A stretch of DNA of 64,000 nucleotides from an uncultured bacterium (GTDB taxonomy: Bacteria; SAR324; NAC60-12), in NCBI GenBank assembly GCA_965662845.1, contig CBFIJD010000005.1, positions 32,001 through 96,000 of the forward strand, in the 5' to 3' direction. Positions within the stretch are counted from its first letter, which is position 1. Each line of letters begins with the position of its first letter. Under the pieces are notes generated by a model. It saw only the letters and a program-made list of their open reading frames with translations, was not told the origin of the DNA and ran no database searches. A program made the translations under genes and the position numbers. Shown piece after piece: positions 37,769 to 49,148 of the stretch.

Positions 37769-38935
37769 ATGCCTCTATTTGCTACTCTGCGCTGGTGGAG
37801 CTTCGGTCTGCTCCTGATGTCGCTTGGAGCTTGTGCTCAAAAAGCTCCCGAACTCCGCGTGTTGCGCCCTGCTGAAATTGACACCACGGACATTCGCCGC
37901 GTCGCGATCGGTGTCTTCGAGGTTGGAACCCTCAACGAACGCTACGTCTCTGAACGCGACGGCGTCTGGGAAGAGCGGTCGACACAGCTCTCCCCTGCGG
38001 AACAGCAATCGATTGCGCGCGCTGTGCGTGCTCGTGTCGTCAACCAGCTGACCACAGTCCCTTATTTTGAAGTCGCGTTCACCGATGAATTTGCGACGTT
38101 AGAAAACGACGCAGCGCTACAGCAATTGATTGTCTCTGAAGGGTACGCCACGCAGGATGTCGACGCCGTACTCAGCGGAAAAATCTGGATTGATGCTGAC
38201 CGGACGGACGGCGTTGAACTCGGCAAAGCCTCGCTGGAATACTATCAGCCCCCAGCAAGAGGACAAAAAGGCCCGGGCGAGAAGCTCACCGTGCAGCAGC
38301 TAGCGTGGTGGCCTTACAAAATGCTCAGTGGCACATTGGTCTTAGAACTCAAGCTCACACGCCTCAGCCCAACCGGTGTCGTTGCGACAGACCTCATCAC
38401 GCGGCGCTATGCGCACAAAATCGGAGGCAGCCCCGCGGGAGCCCTAGAGCAAGTGCAGTCAGGCATCCGCACCCTCCAAGGCTTGCTCGCTTCTCAGCAA
38501 GAAGATGACTCAAGCCAAGAAGTAGAAAACATGGATGAAGTCTTGCCTCCCTTCACAGCGATGATTGCGGAGATGGCCTCGTCCACTTCCGCAGATTTTG
38601 TGAAGCGCGTCTCGATCACTGAAATGAACGTCTCGCACCCGATCGCTGCGGGAGGAGATGAGCGCGCGCGCCTGTTGATCCAAAATGGCGCTTACGAAAC
38701 GGCGTTAGAGCGCCTGCAACAGCGCACCGCCAACAATCCCAATCCTGCTGACCTTTACAATTTGGGACTCTGCTTTGAAGCCTTGGGCGACTATGGACTC
38801 GCCTTGACCAACTACCGCGAAGCGCATCAGCGCGATCAGACCAACCTCACTTATGCGCAGGGCATCGGTCGCATCGAGACGCTACAGCGCCAGTCACCGC
38901 AACTGCGAACCCAGCTTCAAAGTCGAAACTCCTAA
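37769..38935 (+). CDS. Lipoprotein with C-terminal TPR
   Basis: LGAC lipobox; C-terminal YNLGLCFEALGDY. Confidence 0.75.
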   Translation: MPLFATLRWWSFGLLLMSLGACAQKAPELRVLRPAEIDTTDIRRVAIGVFEVGTLNERYVSERDGVWEERSTQLSPAEQQSIARAVRARVVNQLTTVPYFEVAFTDEFATLENDAALQQLIVSEGYATQDVDAVLSGKIWIDADRTDGVELGKASLEYYQPPARGQKGPGEKLTVQQLAWWPYKMLSGTLVLELKLTRLSPTGVVATDLITRRYAHKIGGSPAGALEQVQSGIRTLQGLLASQQEDDSSQEVENMDEVLPPFTAMIAEMASSTSADFVKRVSITEMNVSHPIAAGGDERARLLIQNGAYETALERLQQRTANNPNPADLYNLGLCFEALGDYGLALTNYREAHQRDQTNLTYAQGIGRIETLQRQSPQLRTQLQSRNS

Positions 38936-38954
38936 CCTCTGCCGGATGATCCCC

Positions 38955-40127
38955 ATGAAATATTTTTGGTTGCTGGGAGCTGTGATGTTCTTCGTCAGCA
39001 GCTGTTCCTTGCTCACACCTCAGCCCGAAATTGAATTCCGTGTAGCGCGCGCTCCTGAGTTTGAACTCTCCGAGATTGACGCGCTCGTAGTAGGCGAATT
39101 TCGTGTGCAAAATCAAGAGATTGTGTTTCCGACTGCCGCGAAAGAAAAGCCTCAACTCTCGCCAGAGCTGTCCAGTTTTGCGCCAAATGCCGAAAAAGCC
39201 TCAGCCGCGAGCGATCTCTTGCGCGCCCAGCTGTTGCGGGAATTCTCACGCAACGCCCCCTTTCGGATGCTCAACACCACGGCGGCTGCGCAAGTCATCA
39301 ACGGCGTACAACCCGACACGACGAGAGTCGCAGTGCTACGCGCTGAGGTTCGCTACTCGGAGTTCCGTTTTGCGCAACGTGAAGAAGTCCCCTACTTTGT
39401 GACAGTTAGTAACGAAGCCCTGCCGTTGGAGCAGCAGCTCTTGGGAAAGGGCCTCTCGATGGGCACGGAAGAGCTCGGTGGCGGGCTACCGGAGCAGACG
39501 CCATACGTGGAGTTGATTGGTGCAATCGAAGCCCGCATCTCGCTCACACGCCAAAGTGATGGATCAGAGCTGCTACCGCCGCAGACCATGCAGGCGTTTT
39601 ATGTCCGCAAGTGGGGTGGGCTGAGTGACACGTCGCATGTCGCTGCCAATGTGCGCGAGTGGATCAATGAGCGCTTCCAACAAGACGAAGGGACGCTGGA
39701 GCGTTTGCTCAGCGAAAAAGACCGCACCGCGCTGTTGGCTAATAATTATAACGAGTATCTCGCACAGGGACTGAATCTGAAGCGCGACACCAACGTGCCG
39801 CTCACGTCTGTCGCGTTGCAGTCACGCCTTACGCAAAAGGTGGCCACGGATTTCGTGCGCAAGGTCGTACCAACGGTGCGCAAGGCTGATCTACGCATCG
39901 AAGATGGCGACCCTGTCGGGGTGACGCTGCTGCAAGCAAATGCATACGAAGAAGCGATCGCGTATTTGCAGGGCAAAAATAATCGGAGCGCCGCCGATGA
40001 TTACAACCTCGGGCTAGCTTATGAAGCCTCTGGACAGCGTCTTCAAGCACGCTCGTTCTTCGAATCTGCTGGCCGTCGTGACAAAAGCAATAAGTTGTAT
40101 CGAAACGCGCTGCGCCGCGTTCAGTGA
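38955..40127 (+). CDS. Lipoprotein with C-terminal TPR, paralogue of the upstream gene
   Basis: VSSC lipobox; C-terminal YNLGLAYEASG. Confidence 0.75.
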   Translation: MKYFWLLGAVMFFVSSCSLLTPQPEIEFRVARAPEFELSEIDALVVGEFRVQNQEIVFPTAAKEKPQLSPELSSFAPNAEKASAASDLLRAQLLREFSRNAPFRMLNTTAAAQVINGVQPDTTRVAVLRAEVRYSEFRFAQREEVPYFVTVSNEALPLEQQLLGKGLSMGTEELGGGLPEQTPYVELIGAIEARISLTRQSDGSELLPPQTMQAFYVRKWGGLSDTSHVAANVREWINERFQQDEGTLERLLSEKDRTALLANNYNEYLAQGLNLKRDTNVPLTSVALQSRLTQKVATDFVRKVVPTVRKADLRIEDGDPVGVTLLQANAYEEAIAYLQGKNNRSAADDYNLGLAYEASGQRLQARSFFESAGRRDKSNKLYRNALRRVQ

Positions 40128-40291
40128 AAAGAACTTGCAAGTCCTCTGGGTTTGACAAGAATTCACCCGATTCTTGCCCGAGGACTGCCCACTCAACGAT
40201 GTGACAAAACACACCGTCCCCGTCCTTCCCAGAATCACACCCTGCGTTCCATCTCCATAACTCTGAGACTCCTCACGCCAAACGCCACACT

Positions 40292-43200
40292 ATGCCCAAA
40301 CGCACTGACATCTCTTCCATTCTCTTAATTGGGTCTGGCCCGATTGTTATTGGACAAGCCTGCGAATTTGACTACAGCGGCACACAGGCCTGCAAAGCGC
40401 TCAAAGAAGAAGGCTATCGAGTGATTTTGGTCAACAGCAACCCTGCGACCATCATGACCGATCCTGGGCTAGTGGACGCGACCTACATTGAGCCCATCAA
40501 AGTGCCGACGCTCGAACGCATCATTGCAAAAGAGCGCCCTGACGCGCTGTTGCCCACGATGGGCGGACAAACCGCCCTCAACATGGCGATTCAACTGCAC
40601 GAAAAAGGCGTCTTAGAAAAGTACAACGTCGAGTTGATCGGGGCCAATATTGACGCGATTGAAAAGGCCGAAAATCGGGAGCGGTTCCGAGCTGCGATGC
40701 ACAAACTCAAGATTGAGATGCCTGCGAGCCACATCATTCACTCGGTAGACGAGGCCCTCGAAGTCGCTGACCAAATCAGCTACCCGATCATCGTGCGGCC
40801 TTCATTCACTCTGGGCGGAGAAGGCGGCGGCGTCGCCTATCACCAACGGGAACTCGTGCAGATCGTCACCAGCGGCTTAGCGGCCTCTCCTACCCGCGAA
40901 GTGCAACTCGATCAGTCTGTGCTGGGATGGAAAGAATTTGAGATGGAGGTGATGCGCGATCATCGTGACAACTGCGTCATCATCTGCTCGATTGAGAACC
41001 TCGACCCGATGGGCGTGCACACTGGGGACAGCATCACGGTCGCTCCTGCACAGACCCTGACGGATGTGGAATATCAAAATTTGCGCGACCTCTCTTTCCA
41101 GATTATGCGCGAAATCGGCGTTGACACCGGCGGGTCGAATGTCCAATTTGCGGTCAATCCCCAAAATGGCCAACCCGTTGTCATTGAAATGAACCCACGT
41201 GTCTCGCGCAGCTCAGCCCTCGCGTCTAAGGCGACCGGCTTCCCGATTGCGAAGATCGCCGCAAAATTAGCGGTGGGCTACACGCTGGATGAAATTCCCA
41301 ACGACATCACACGGCAAACTCCAGCCTCGTTTGAGCCTTCGATCGACTATGTCGTCACCAAAATCCCACGGTTCACTTTTGAAAAATTCCCCCTCTCGGA
41401 TCCTCGTTTGGGCACGCAGATGAAATCTGTGGGTGAGGTGATGTCGATGGGAGGGACATTTCGCGAATCACTCCAGAAAGCGCTGCGTTCCATGGAAACA
41501 GGGAGCATGGGGTTTGAGATCCCGCCGTATCCCGCCGACACAGACCCAGAGGTTTTTTTAGAAGAAGAACTCACCTATGTGACCAGCCAGCGGCTTTGGT
41601 ATGTGGCTGACGCCATGCGACGAGGATGGGACGCGCAGCGTCTGAACGACAAGACGCACATTGACCTGTGGTTCCTCACTCAAGTGGAGAGCCTAGTGCG
41701 GGAAGAGCAGAAAATGGCCGAGACCCAACAGGCAGCGTTGACCTCCGCTCAGCTGCGGAGCTGGAAAAGCCTCGGCTTTGCAGACGCGTTTATCGCGCGG
41801 CAGATGCAGTTGGAGGAGAGGGACATCACAGAGAAACGACGCGACTGGAATATTCGCTCTGTATTCAAAATGGTCGACACTTGCGCCGCAGAGTTTCCGT
41901 CCGCGACTCCCTACTTTTACTCTACTTACGCACAAGAAAACGAATCGATCCCCACAGATCAAAAAAAGGTACTGATTTTGGGTAGCGGCCCCAATCGCAT
42001 TGGCCAAGGTATCGAGTTTGACTATTGCTGTGTGCACGCGGCTTTTGCGGCCAAAGACGCTGGGTATGAAGCGATCATGTACAACTGCAATCCTGAAACG
42101 GTGAGCACCGATTATGACACCTCTGACCGCCTCTATTTTGAACCGATCACGTTTGAAGATGTGATGAGCGTCATCGAGCTGGAACAACCCATTGGCGTGA
42201 TTGTGCAGCTGGGCGGACAAACGCCGCTCAAACTTGCGAAGCAGCTTCACGAGGCTGGTGTCCCGCTCTTGGGAACTTCCTTCGAGAGCATCGACCGCGC
42301 AGAAAATCGAGAGCTGTTCGCAGAGATGCTCCGCAAACTCGGTTTGCGACAGCCCGCTAACGGGACCGTCCGTTCTCTGCCAGAAGCACGCGATGTGGCT
42401 ACCAAAATTGGCTATCCCGTGTTAGTCCGCCCGTCCTACGTGCTGGGCGGACGCGCGATGATGATTGTTGAGGGAGAAGAGCGGCTGGAAGAATTTTTTG
42501 AAGAAGCCGTGCGTGTCTCGCCAGAACATCCTGTCCTCATCGACAAGTTTTTGGCGGACGCGGTCGAAGTAGACGTGGACTTGTTGGGAGACGGGACAAC
42601 CGCTGAAGTCGCGGGCATCATGGAGCACATTGAGCGCGCAGGCATTCACTCTGGAGACAGCGCTTGTTCCTTGCCACCTTACAACCTCACAGCGCGCGCG
42701 CTCCAGAAGTTGCAGGAGCAGGCGGTGGCGATGGCACAAGAACTCAAAGTGTGTGGCCTCATGAACGTACAATTCGCTGTGCAAAATGAAGAAATCTTTG
42801 TGATTGAAGTGAACCCTCGCGCATCACGGACGGTTCCCTTTGTAAGCAAAGCGATTGGACAACCGCTCGCGAAATTGGCGACTCGTTTGATGCTGGGCGA
42901 AAAGCTCCCCCAGCTGGGCTTTCGTTACCAGTCGCCACAACATTTTGCTGTCAAAGAGACCGTCTTTCCGTTCATGCGTTTCGCAGGGACCGACACGACT
43001 CTTGGCCCTGAGATGCAATCCACTGGCGAGGTGATGGGGCGAGGACGCAGCTTTGAAGAAGCCTTCCTGAAAGCCCAGATTGCGGTGTTTGATGAGAGTC
43101 TAGGTCGCCCGTATGTCTTCATTGGCGTGATGGACGCGGACAAAGAGAAAATGATCCCCATCGCTAAAATTCTGGAAGATTTGGGATATGAGATTTTAGC

Positions 43201-43489
43201 GACGAGTGGGACGTTGAGAGTGTTGCAAGATGGAGGGATTCAGCGTGTGCGCTGGACGTCGATGGAGCCAGAGGACGAGGGGAATGTGATGGAATACATT
43301 CAGCGCAAAGAAGTTGCGATGTTGATCAACACAACGCGCAAGAAAAAGCGGGCGGTCGACGCTCGTCATATCCGAAGATTGGTGTTGGCATATAACCTCC
43401 CCTATTTTACGACTGTGGAAGCGGCTTTGCAGTTTGCGCGCTCGCTCTCCAAGCTCGATGAGCTAAGTTACGAGCCGCTAAAATACTGA
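40292..43489 (+). CDS. carB: Carbamoyl-phosphate synthase large subunit
   Basis: [27 protein letters not shown]; two ATP-grasp domains; MGS domain. Confidence 0.99.
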   Translation: MPKRTDISSILLIGSGPIVIGQACEFDYSGTQACKALKEEGYRVILVNSNPATIMTDPGLVDATYIEPIKVPTLERIIAKERPDALLPTMGGQTALNMAIQLHEKGVLEKYNVELIGANIDAIEKAENRERFRAAMHKLKIEMPASHIIHSVDEALEVADQISYPIIVRPSFTLGGEGGGVAYHQRELVQIVTSGLAASPTREVQLDQSVLGWKEFEMEVMRDHRDNCVIICSIENLDPMGVHTGDSITVAPAQTLTDVEYQNLRDLSFQIMREIGVDTGGSNVQFAVNPQNGQPVVIEMNPRVSRSSALASKATGFPIAKIAAKLAVGYTLDEIPNDITRQTPASFEPSIDYVVTKIPRFTFEKFPLSDPRLGTQMKSVGEVMSMGGTFRESLQKALRSMETGSMGFEIPPYPADTDPEVFLEEELTYVTSQRLWYVADAMRRGWDAQRLNDKTHIDLWFLTQVESLVREEQKMAETQQAALTSAQLRSWKSLGFADAFIARQMQLEERDITEKRRDWNIRSVFKMVDTCAAEFPSATPYFYSTYAQENESIPTDQKKVLILGSGPNRIGQGIEFDYCCVHAAFAAKDAGYEAIMYNCNPETVSTDYDTSDRLYFEPITFEDVMSVIELEQPIGVIVQLGGQTPLKLAKQLHEAGVPLLGTSFESIDRAENRELFAEMLRKLGLRQPANGTVRSLPEARDVATKIGYPVLVRPSYVLGGRAMMIVEGEERLEEFFEEAVRVSPEHPVLIDKFLADAVEVDVDLLGDGTTAEVAGIMEHIERAGIHSGDSACSLPPYNLTARALQKLQEQAVAMAQELKVCGLMNVQFAVQNEEIFVIEVNPRASRTVPFVSKAIGQPLAKLATRLMLGEKLPQLGFRYQSPQHFAVKETVFPFMRFAGTDTTLGPEMQSTGEVMGRGRSFEEAFLKAQIAVFDESLGRPYVFIGVMDADKEKMIPIAKILEDLGYEILATSGTLRVLQDGGIQRVRWTSMEPEDEGNVMEYIQRKEVAMLINTTRKKKRAVDARHIRRLVLAYNLPYFTTVEAALQFARSLSKLDELSYEPLKY

Positions 43490-43528
43490 TTCCCCATAGC
43501 CGGACGGAAGTTCGGCCTTCTCCGCAAA

Positions 43529-44785
43529 TTATTCTTCCTCTCCACTAGGCACGCCTTGCATCTGATTGAGCGTACGCAGCAATCGCTTCTGCAGCGGCGA
43601 GTAGGCCTCGTCGACGGTCATGGCCGCGTCGGCAGCTTCTTTGCCAAGCTCGATCAATTTGGCGAGCCCCTCTTTGTTCAGGCGCATTAGATCACGATGC
43701 ACATAGCCATAGTGAGCCAAGTTCGCGAACTCGGCGAGTGCAGGCAAATCGGCTTTTTTGGGCATCGACATCGAGACGGTTTTCAGGGACTTGCGGTAGG
43801 CCACAACCGATTGATTGAACGCCGGAGCGACGTGAGGTCGAGCGGTGTCATCGCCCGATTCGATGCGCAGCATCCAGTAACGCACCAGCTGCATGTTGAG
43901 GCGTCCATTCATGACAAACGGGAAGGGAATTTTGTCGTCAATCATCTGCATCTTCTCCGCGAGTCCGATGCCTGCGGTGTAGAGGATGGGGATGGTTTTG
44001 ATCGCTTCGATACACTGCATGATCTTTCCAATCACGGCATTGCGGATTTGCTCCTTGTTGCCCTCCGGTGGAGCATCACCACCGAAGAGTCCACCGAGGC
44101 CTCCAGGGATGTTGTCCAATGCCTGATCCAGATCGTTTTTGCTCAGCGAGACGTTCATGCGCTTTTGCAGGTTCATCTGGGCTTCGCCGATCCGCTCAAT
44201 CATCGCCTCACACATCCGCACTTCCATCATCATCGCTTCGCGGTTGCGTACATTAGAGTCTTCCATGTCCTCTTCGTTCACGTCGATACCGCTCAAGTTC
44301 ACGTTTTTGAGCACGCTGGACTGAATCGACATCATTTGTTCTTTGTGGACCTGTAGCACACGCTCCAGATAAATCTTGAGAGTCCGCAATACGAGACCAA
44401 TGGAAGGGCCGGTGACCTCTCCCCAGTGCAATGGCAAACAAGCATGGACTAGAAGGACGCGCGCAATCTCAATGGTGGGGCGCGCTTCCATTTCTAGCGC
44501 TCGCTGTACAATCTGCATTCGGACGGCCTGACTCAGAGGATCTGTGCCGAGTTGGGAGACCAACTTGTTGATCGTGCGGTCTTGTCGGAAAAATGCCATC
44601 GCGAGGATATCCGTGCCATTTACGGGGCTGACCTCTTTTGTTTTGCCGCCAAAACCAAGCTTTTGAAAAAGACCCTGTTGCTTGGACGCCAAGACGTCCT
44701 TTGCAACTTGGTCAATCTCTTCTTGCATCTCCATCAGGTTAACGTTGGGAGTTTGCGGATTTTCTTTAATTTTGTCCTTAGACAT
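43529..44785 (-). CDS. Hypothetical helical, Met-rich protein
   Basis: 418-aa ORF with RBS AAGGA, 27 bp downstream of the cyclase-like gene; no family recognised. Confidence 0.75.
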   Translation of the reverse strand: MSKDKIKENPQTPNVNLMEMQEEIDQVAKDVLASKQQGLFQKLGFGGKTKEVSPVNGTDILAMAFFRQDRTINKLVSQLGTDPLSQAVRMQIVQRALEMEARPTIEIARVLLVHACLPLHWGEVTGPSIGLVLRTLKIYLERVLQVHKEQMMSIQSSVLKNVNLSGIDVNEEDMEDSNVRNREAMMMEVRMCEAMIERIGEAQMNLQKRMNVSLSKNDLDQALDNIPGGLGGLFGGDAPPEGNKEQIRNAVIGKIMQCIEAIKTIPILYTAGIGLAEKMQMIDDKIPFPFVMNGRLNMQLVRYWMLRIESGDDTARPHVAPAFNQSVVAYRKSLKTVSMSMPKKADLPALAEFANLAHYGYVHRDLMRLNKEGLAKLIELGKEAADAAMTVDEAYSPLQKRLLRTLNQMQGVPSGEEE

Positions 44786-44812
44786 ATTTCCTTTGTCAGA
44801 AATAGAAAAAGA

Positions 44813-47800
44813 TTAGTAGAGGGACTCTTCAATAGCTCGTCGTCCCATATCATCAAAAGCCAGATAGATTGGCGCGGGGGTCAAAAAGTATTGATCGACG
44901 AGGGAGTCTGCTGGCCAGAGCGAGCGAGCGATCCCGTTGATATACAAATGAAAATATTTACGAGGCACGGGTGGTTCAAAACGTCCGATGTTGACCCAAA
45001 TCCGGAACTGCGCTGGGGACTCTGAGGAAATGGGGATTCCCAATTCTGTGAGAGTCTTCATAAAGGTTTGCCGACACTCTGGGCTGTGCAAGCGCATGAG
45101 AAACAGAGAGAGCTCTTCATCTGCGCTAATGCGCAATTTAGAAGGGACGCGAACATCAATATCGCCAATTTCGTAGTTGATGACAAATTGTTCGTTCAAG
45201 TTATCGCGCACCACCAAAGAGATCGTGTTGTACTTGTTCACATTTACGATCATGAACACTTCGCGAATATAGTGTTCGTTTTCGAGTAACTCGCGAGGCG
45301 TCATCGAAATCGGCGGAAAAAACGCCGCGACCTCTTCGGCTAGAGTCGCAAAGTCTTGTGAGTTGAACGGCACTTGGGCTTCTTCATGGCCAGCTTTGGC
45401 GGCTGGTTTTTCAAAGACAGTCCGCAGATGTCCCTTGAAATTCAAGTAGTGGCTGAACACACACCGGCACATCCCTTCTACCATATTGTCTTCAAACATG
45501 GGCGTGGTGTTTGTGCCCTCTTGTTCGTCCACAGCTGGCTGTAGCTCTGTTTTGCTGAGAATGGAAGAAAAGATCCATTTCCCGCTTTCGCTGTTGAACT
45601 CGATCCGAATGCGCAGTCGCGGCGTTCGCAGGCTCTTGGCGATCGGATAAGGCACTTGATATGGCTTCAGTTCAATGCTGCGCTCGAAGTGGTGTCGGAA
45701 AATGACGCTTTCCAGCGGATTTCCTGCCGTTTTGATCTTTGCTCCTTCAATGATCTCACGGATCTCTTCTGCGGTGATTGGCAATTCAAACTGCTTGTAA
45801 TACTCCAAGATGTTGTCAATGAGTAGCTTCATCTTGCGATGATCTTCATAAATATTCTGCGCTTGGAGCTTCTCGACGGCTGTTAGCGGCTGTTTTTTCT
45901 TGAGCTTGTGGATGACCCGCGAGTCTTCAATCACAACTCGCTGATTAACGAGAGCGACTAGGGGATACAAAAAGCGTTCTGCGGCGCGCCGATCAATCTG
46001 ATCTCCTAGTTGAGCCAAATGGTCGGCCATGTGTTTGGTGCCGCGCAGGTGCCCGATTTGGCAGAGTTTGCGCTCCACGCGCCGCATCGAGTCCCGGAAG
46101 AGCTGTTTGAGCTTCTTTTCAATTTTGTGAGTTGTGTCATCCCGCCCTTGCACAAATCGCATGAGCTGAAGGCGGTCTGCTGAGGATGCAAAAAACACCT
46201 CATAAAACCCTGCGAGCGCTTGAATGCGCCACGTCTCGCGGTTGTCTTGTCCCAAAACATTGCCAGAAGCAAAATCAATCGCATCGCTCAGTTTGATATG
46301 TTGTGCAAAACAAAAAATGAGCTGCCGCTGGATGTCTTCATCTGTAAATCGGGTGAGCATCTCAGAGAACTTGAGCCACCACGGGTCGCGAATCAACTGG
46401 GGAAAGCTGGCTTCGAGACGCAGCAACGAAGGGGACCATTTCCGGGCCGACCGTTCTTGAAACAGCGCTCTCTCTTCTGGGTAGAACAACAAACGCGTCA
46501 AGCTGGTGGGGCGAGCGATTTTTTCGTCTAAACACACCAGCATTTCGACCCACAGGCAGTTTAACAAGGCTTTGGGCAGATTCCCGTGGCTAGCCTTTTC
46601 GCTCTCTCGCAAAAAGATGGGGATCGCGTGGCTGAGCATCTGTTCACGAGAGAGCGTGAGATCTCCCCAGTTTGGTAAATTCCGCAGCAAGAACGTCTCG
46701 GTCTCTTGGTCTGGTGGCGTTTGCCGTTTCGCGACTTCGTCGGGGCGCTTTGTTTGTATGAAAGTCCAGTCTTCATCTGGGAAGGTGCCCACTGAGATCA
46801 GAGTCTTCAGATTTTGAGGCAACTCAAACGGCATCGGTGGCTGCCCTGCCAAAAAGATGGCCGGATTCAACAAGAAGTCATTTAACAGCAGCGAATAAGC
46901 TTGGCTGCCCTCCGGAGAAACTAAAAAGGGAGTGTGGTCGCCTTTGCGTTGGCGACGCAGAAAGTTGACGAAAAAGTGAATCTCTGTGTCAGGTAGTTTG
47001 TGCGAGAGATATCGCTCAACCTGCTGCGCTTTGCGCAACATAGGATATTCTTGCCGAGCTTCACTGCGCAGCGAATACCAATGTTGTAGAAATTCAACCA
47101 AGCGCGACATTCTATCTTGGAAGTTATTTTGAACCCGGCGCTCTAGGTGCTGCGCGAACTGCGCTGTGAGCCGTTTTTTCAAGCGTGGTAAGGGGAAGCG
47201 TTCCACGAGCGTGTGCAGCATATCGGTTAGGTGATGACGATCTTGCGACGCCAAATTCTGGCAAACGTCGTCGATAAACTGGTTCAGCCGCGTCTCTTTG
47301 CGAGGGCTCTTCTCTAGATGAGATAACAAGCGCTCAATCCTCTCCTCATGCGTAAGGTTAAGGCGATTGAGCTTTTTCTGTTGCTCTTCAGAAAGTTTTT
47401 CGAAGTAAAAATCTGCGAGCCACTTCCAAAGTCGCGTTGCTCTAAAGACACTTCCTTGCGCATAAGGGAAGTAAGAACGTCGCAATTGAACTTCATTTTT
47501 TTCACGAAGCGATGGGAAGAAGACCTGGAGATGAGGCAGAAAAAATAGCAAATCGGGCAGCTCGCGCATTTGCTTGATGAGGTGCCGAGACAGCAGGCTC
47601 TTTAGCTCGGTTTGGGCTTTGGAATCTCGTCGGAAACGTTCTGACAACTGCTCGCGACGTTCGAAGGCATACGAACTTGGGAACACCAAGTCTAAGATGC
47701 GCAATTCTTCTGCAGAGACTCCTTCGGCGTAGCGTTCTCGCAGTTTCAGGACGACATCTTCATGTAGCTGCTGTTTCTCTGCTTTGCTGAGGAGCCGCTG

Positions 47801-48550
47801 GCAGGCGCTTTCGTAGAAGGCTTCCAACACTTGCACCAACAGGGCGATGAAAAAATCTAGGTCGTTCCAAGGGCGGTGGATGTCTTCGCTGGCTTCAATG
47901 ACGATTTGTGCGTCGATGTCAGAGTTCGACTTGTGACCCAGCCCACCCAGGCTGCCAATGGTGGTCAGCGCTCGGATCGACTTGGAAGGTTCACCGCCAT
48001 AAAACGAGACTAAGCGCGGATAGTGCATGCCCAAGTAGACACGCAGGCTGGAGTTGCCGTCTCGCATTCGGCGAGGCAAGTAACGTTCAGGACCTTCGAT
48101 GCCGGCGGGCGCTTTCTCAGGGAAGACGTAATAATAAGACTTGTGTTCACTTTGACGATGCTCTGCGCGTTGCAGTTCGAGATGTCCTTGATGGTGCGGA
48201 TTGATATCTAGCAAAAACAGGCTCTCGTAGATTGCATGGTGCATTTCCGGACCTGAGAGTTCCATCAGGCTTTGGAAGCGATCTCGATTGATGCGCCCCA
48301 TCGACTGCAACATTTTCGCGGCGTAATCGCGCTGGCGAGCCAAGTCTTTGGGGTCAAACGTCTCCCGCAGAGCCTCACACAGCGAGCTGGTTTGGAGCTG
48401 TTGTACGGTGTGCTGAAGCGCTAATTTCTCGCGGGCGGCTGGGGGGTTAATGGGGACCTGCGCGAACAGTTGCATCAACGTTTGCAACTGCTGTTCGGCG
48501 AGCGTGACTTCGGGATGAGGTGTTTTTGTCGCTTGGGTCGCAGACTTCAC
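44813..48550 (-). CDS. Class I adenylate cyclase-like Pol-beta nucleotidyltransferase, 1245 aa
   Basis: IN..R, P.GI, IGS...GH...SDID, RK...E...EIHFF, GS....LLLND....A.FLAG and K.LL motifs in the order seen in E. coli CyaA. Confidence 0.7.
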   Translation of the reverse strand: MKSATQATKTPHPEVTLAEQQLQTLMQLFAQVPINPPAAREKLALQHTVQQLQTSSLCEALRETFDPKDLARQRDYAAKMLQSMGRINRDRFQSLMELSGPEMHHAIYESLFLLDINPHHQGHLELQRAEHRQSEHKSYYYVFPEKAPAGIEGPERYLPRRMRDGNSSLRVYLGMHYPRLVSFYGGEPSKSIRALTTIGSLGGLGHKSNSDIDAQIVIEASEDIHRPWNDLDFFIALLVQVLEAFYESACQRLLSKAEKQQLHEDVVLKLRERYAEGVSAEELRILDLVFPSSYAFERREQLSERFRRDSKAQTELKSLLSRHLIKQMRELPDLLFFLPHLQVFFPSLREKNEVQLRRSYFPYAQGSVFRATRLWKWLADFYFEKLSEEQQKKLNRLNLTHEERIERLLSHLEKSPRKETRLNQFIDDVCQNLASQDRHHLTDMLHTLVERFPLPRLKKRLTAQFAQHLERRVQNNFQDRMSRLVEFLQHWYSLRSEARQEYPMLRKAQQVERYLSHKLPDTEIHFFVNFLRRQRKGDHTPFLVSPEGSQAYSLLLNDFLLNPAIFLAGQPPMPFELPQNLKTLISVGTFPDEDWTFIQTKRPDEVAKRQTPPDQETETFLLRNLPNWGDLTLSREQMLSHAIPIFLRESEKASHGNLPKALLNCLWVEMLVCLDEKIARPTSLTRLLFYPEERALFQERSARKWSPSLLRLEASFPQLIRDPWWLKFSEMLTRFTDEDIQRQLIFCFAQHIKLSDAIDFASGNVLGQDNRETWRIQALAGFYEVFFASSADRLQLMRFVQGRDDTTHKIEKKLKQLFRDSMRRVERKLCQIGHLRGTKHMADHLAQLGDQIDRRAAERFLYPLVALVNQRVVIEDSRVIHKLKKKQPLTAVEKLQAQNIYEDHRKMKLLIDNILEYYKQFELPITAEEIREIIEGAKIKTAGNPLESVIFRHHFERSIELKPYQVPYPIAKSLRTPRLRIRIEFNSESGKWIFSSILSKTELQPAVDEQEGTNTTPMFEDNMVEGMCRCVFSHYLNFKGHLRTVFEKPAAKAGHEEAQVPFNSQDFATLAEEVAAFFPPISMTPRELLENEHYIREVFMIVNVNKYNTISLVVRDNLNEQFVINYEIGDIDVRVPSKLRISADEELSLFLMRLHSPECRQTFMKTLTELGIPISSESPAQFRIWVNIGRFEPPVPRKYFHLYINGIARSLWPADSLVDQYFLTPAPIYLAFDDMGRRAIEESLY

Positions 48551-48741
48551 GATAGGCCTGTTGGGTGAGGGGGCGCGAATGGCATGGAAGCCTCAAATAT
48601 GTCACGAAACCGTGAAAGGTAAAACTTAGAAAACGGGACCTGTGACCGTAAAGTGACAAGTGCTAGATTGACTCAAAGGTAGCCTTATCGTACATTTTGA
48701 AGCGACAAACTTCTTACAACCCATGGATGGTACGAATCAAC

Positions 48742-49044
48742 ATGCCTGCCGACGAACTCGTAACCGATGAGCCTCACCACACGATTGACTTCCTCAACGA
48801 CGTGCCCCAGCGCCTCGTAGTCGAGGTCGCTCGCACTCGCATTCCTCTGCGCGACATCATTAGCTGGCGCAATCGCTCGGTGATCACGTTCCCTAAGTTG
48901 ATCGGAGAACCCGTCGAGGTGCTGATTGATGAGCAAGTGATTGCCAGAGGCGAAGTCGTCGTGATTAACGACCACTTTGGTGTGCGGATTACAGAGATCA
49001 CTCATCCCTCTGACAAACCTAGCGCTTTGCGGCACTATCATTGA
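48742..49044 (+). CDS. fliN: FliN/FliM C-terminal (SpoA) domain protein
   Basis: DVP..L.VEV.R, GEPVEVL and IARGEVVV....FGVRITEI motifs. Confidence 0.85.
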   Translation: MPADELVTDEPHHTIDFLNDVPQRLVVEVARTRIPLRDIISWRNRSVITFPKLIGEPVEVLIDEQVIARGEVVVINDHFGVRITEITHPSDKPSALRHYH

Positions 49045-49148
49045 GACCACAAATTGCACCGCCTATGCATGATTTGTGTGTTTTTTGAATGCTGCAGTCG
49101 CAGTTTCATCGCAAGACTTCTTTTCTGACCGCGCACGCCACAAAGCTT

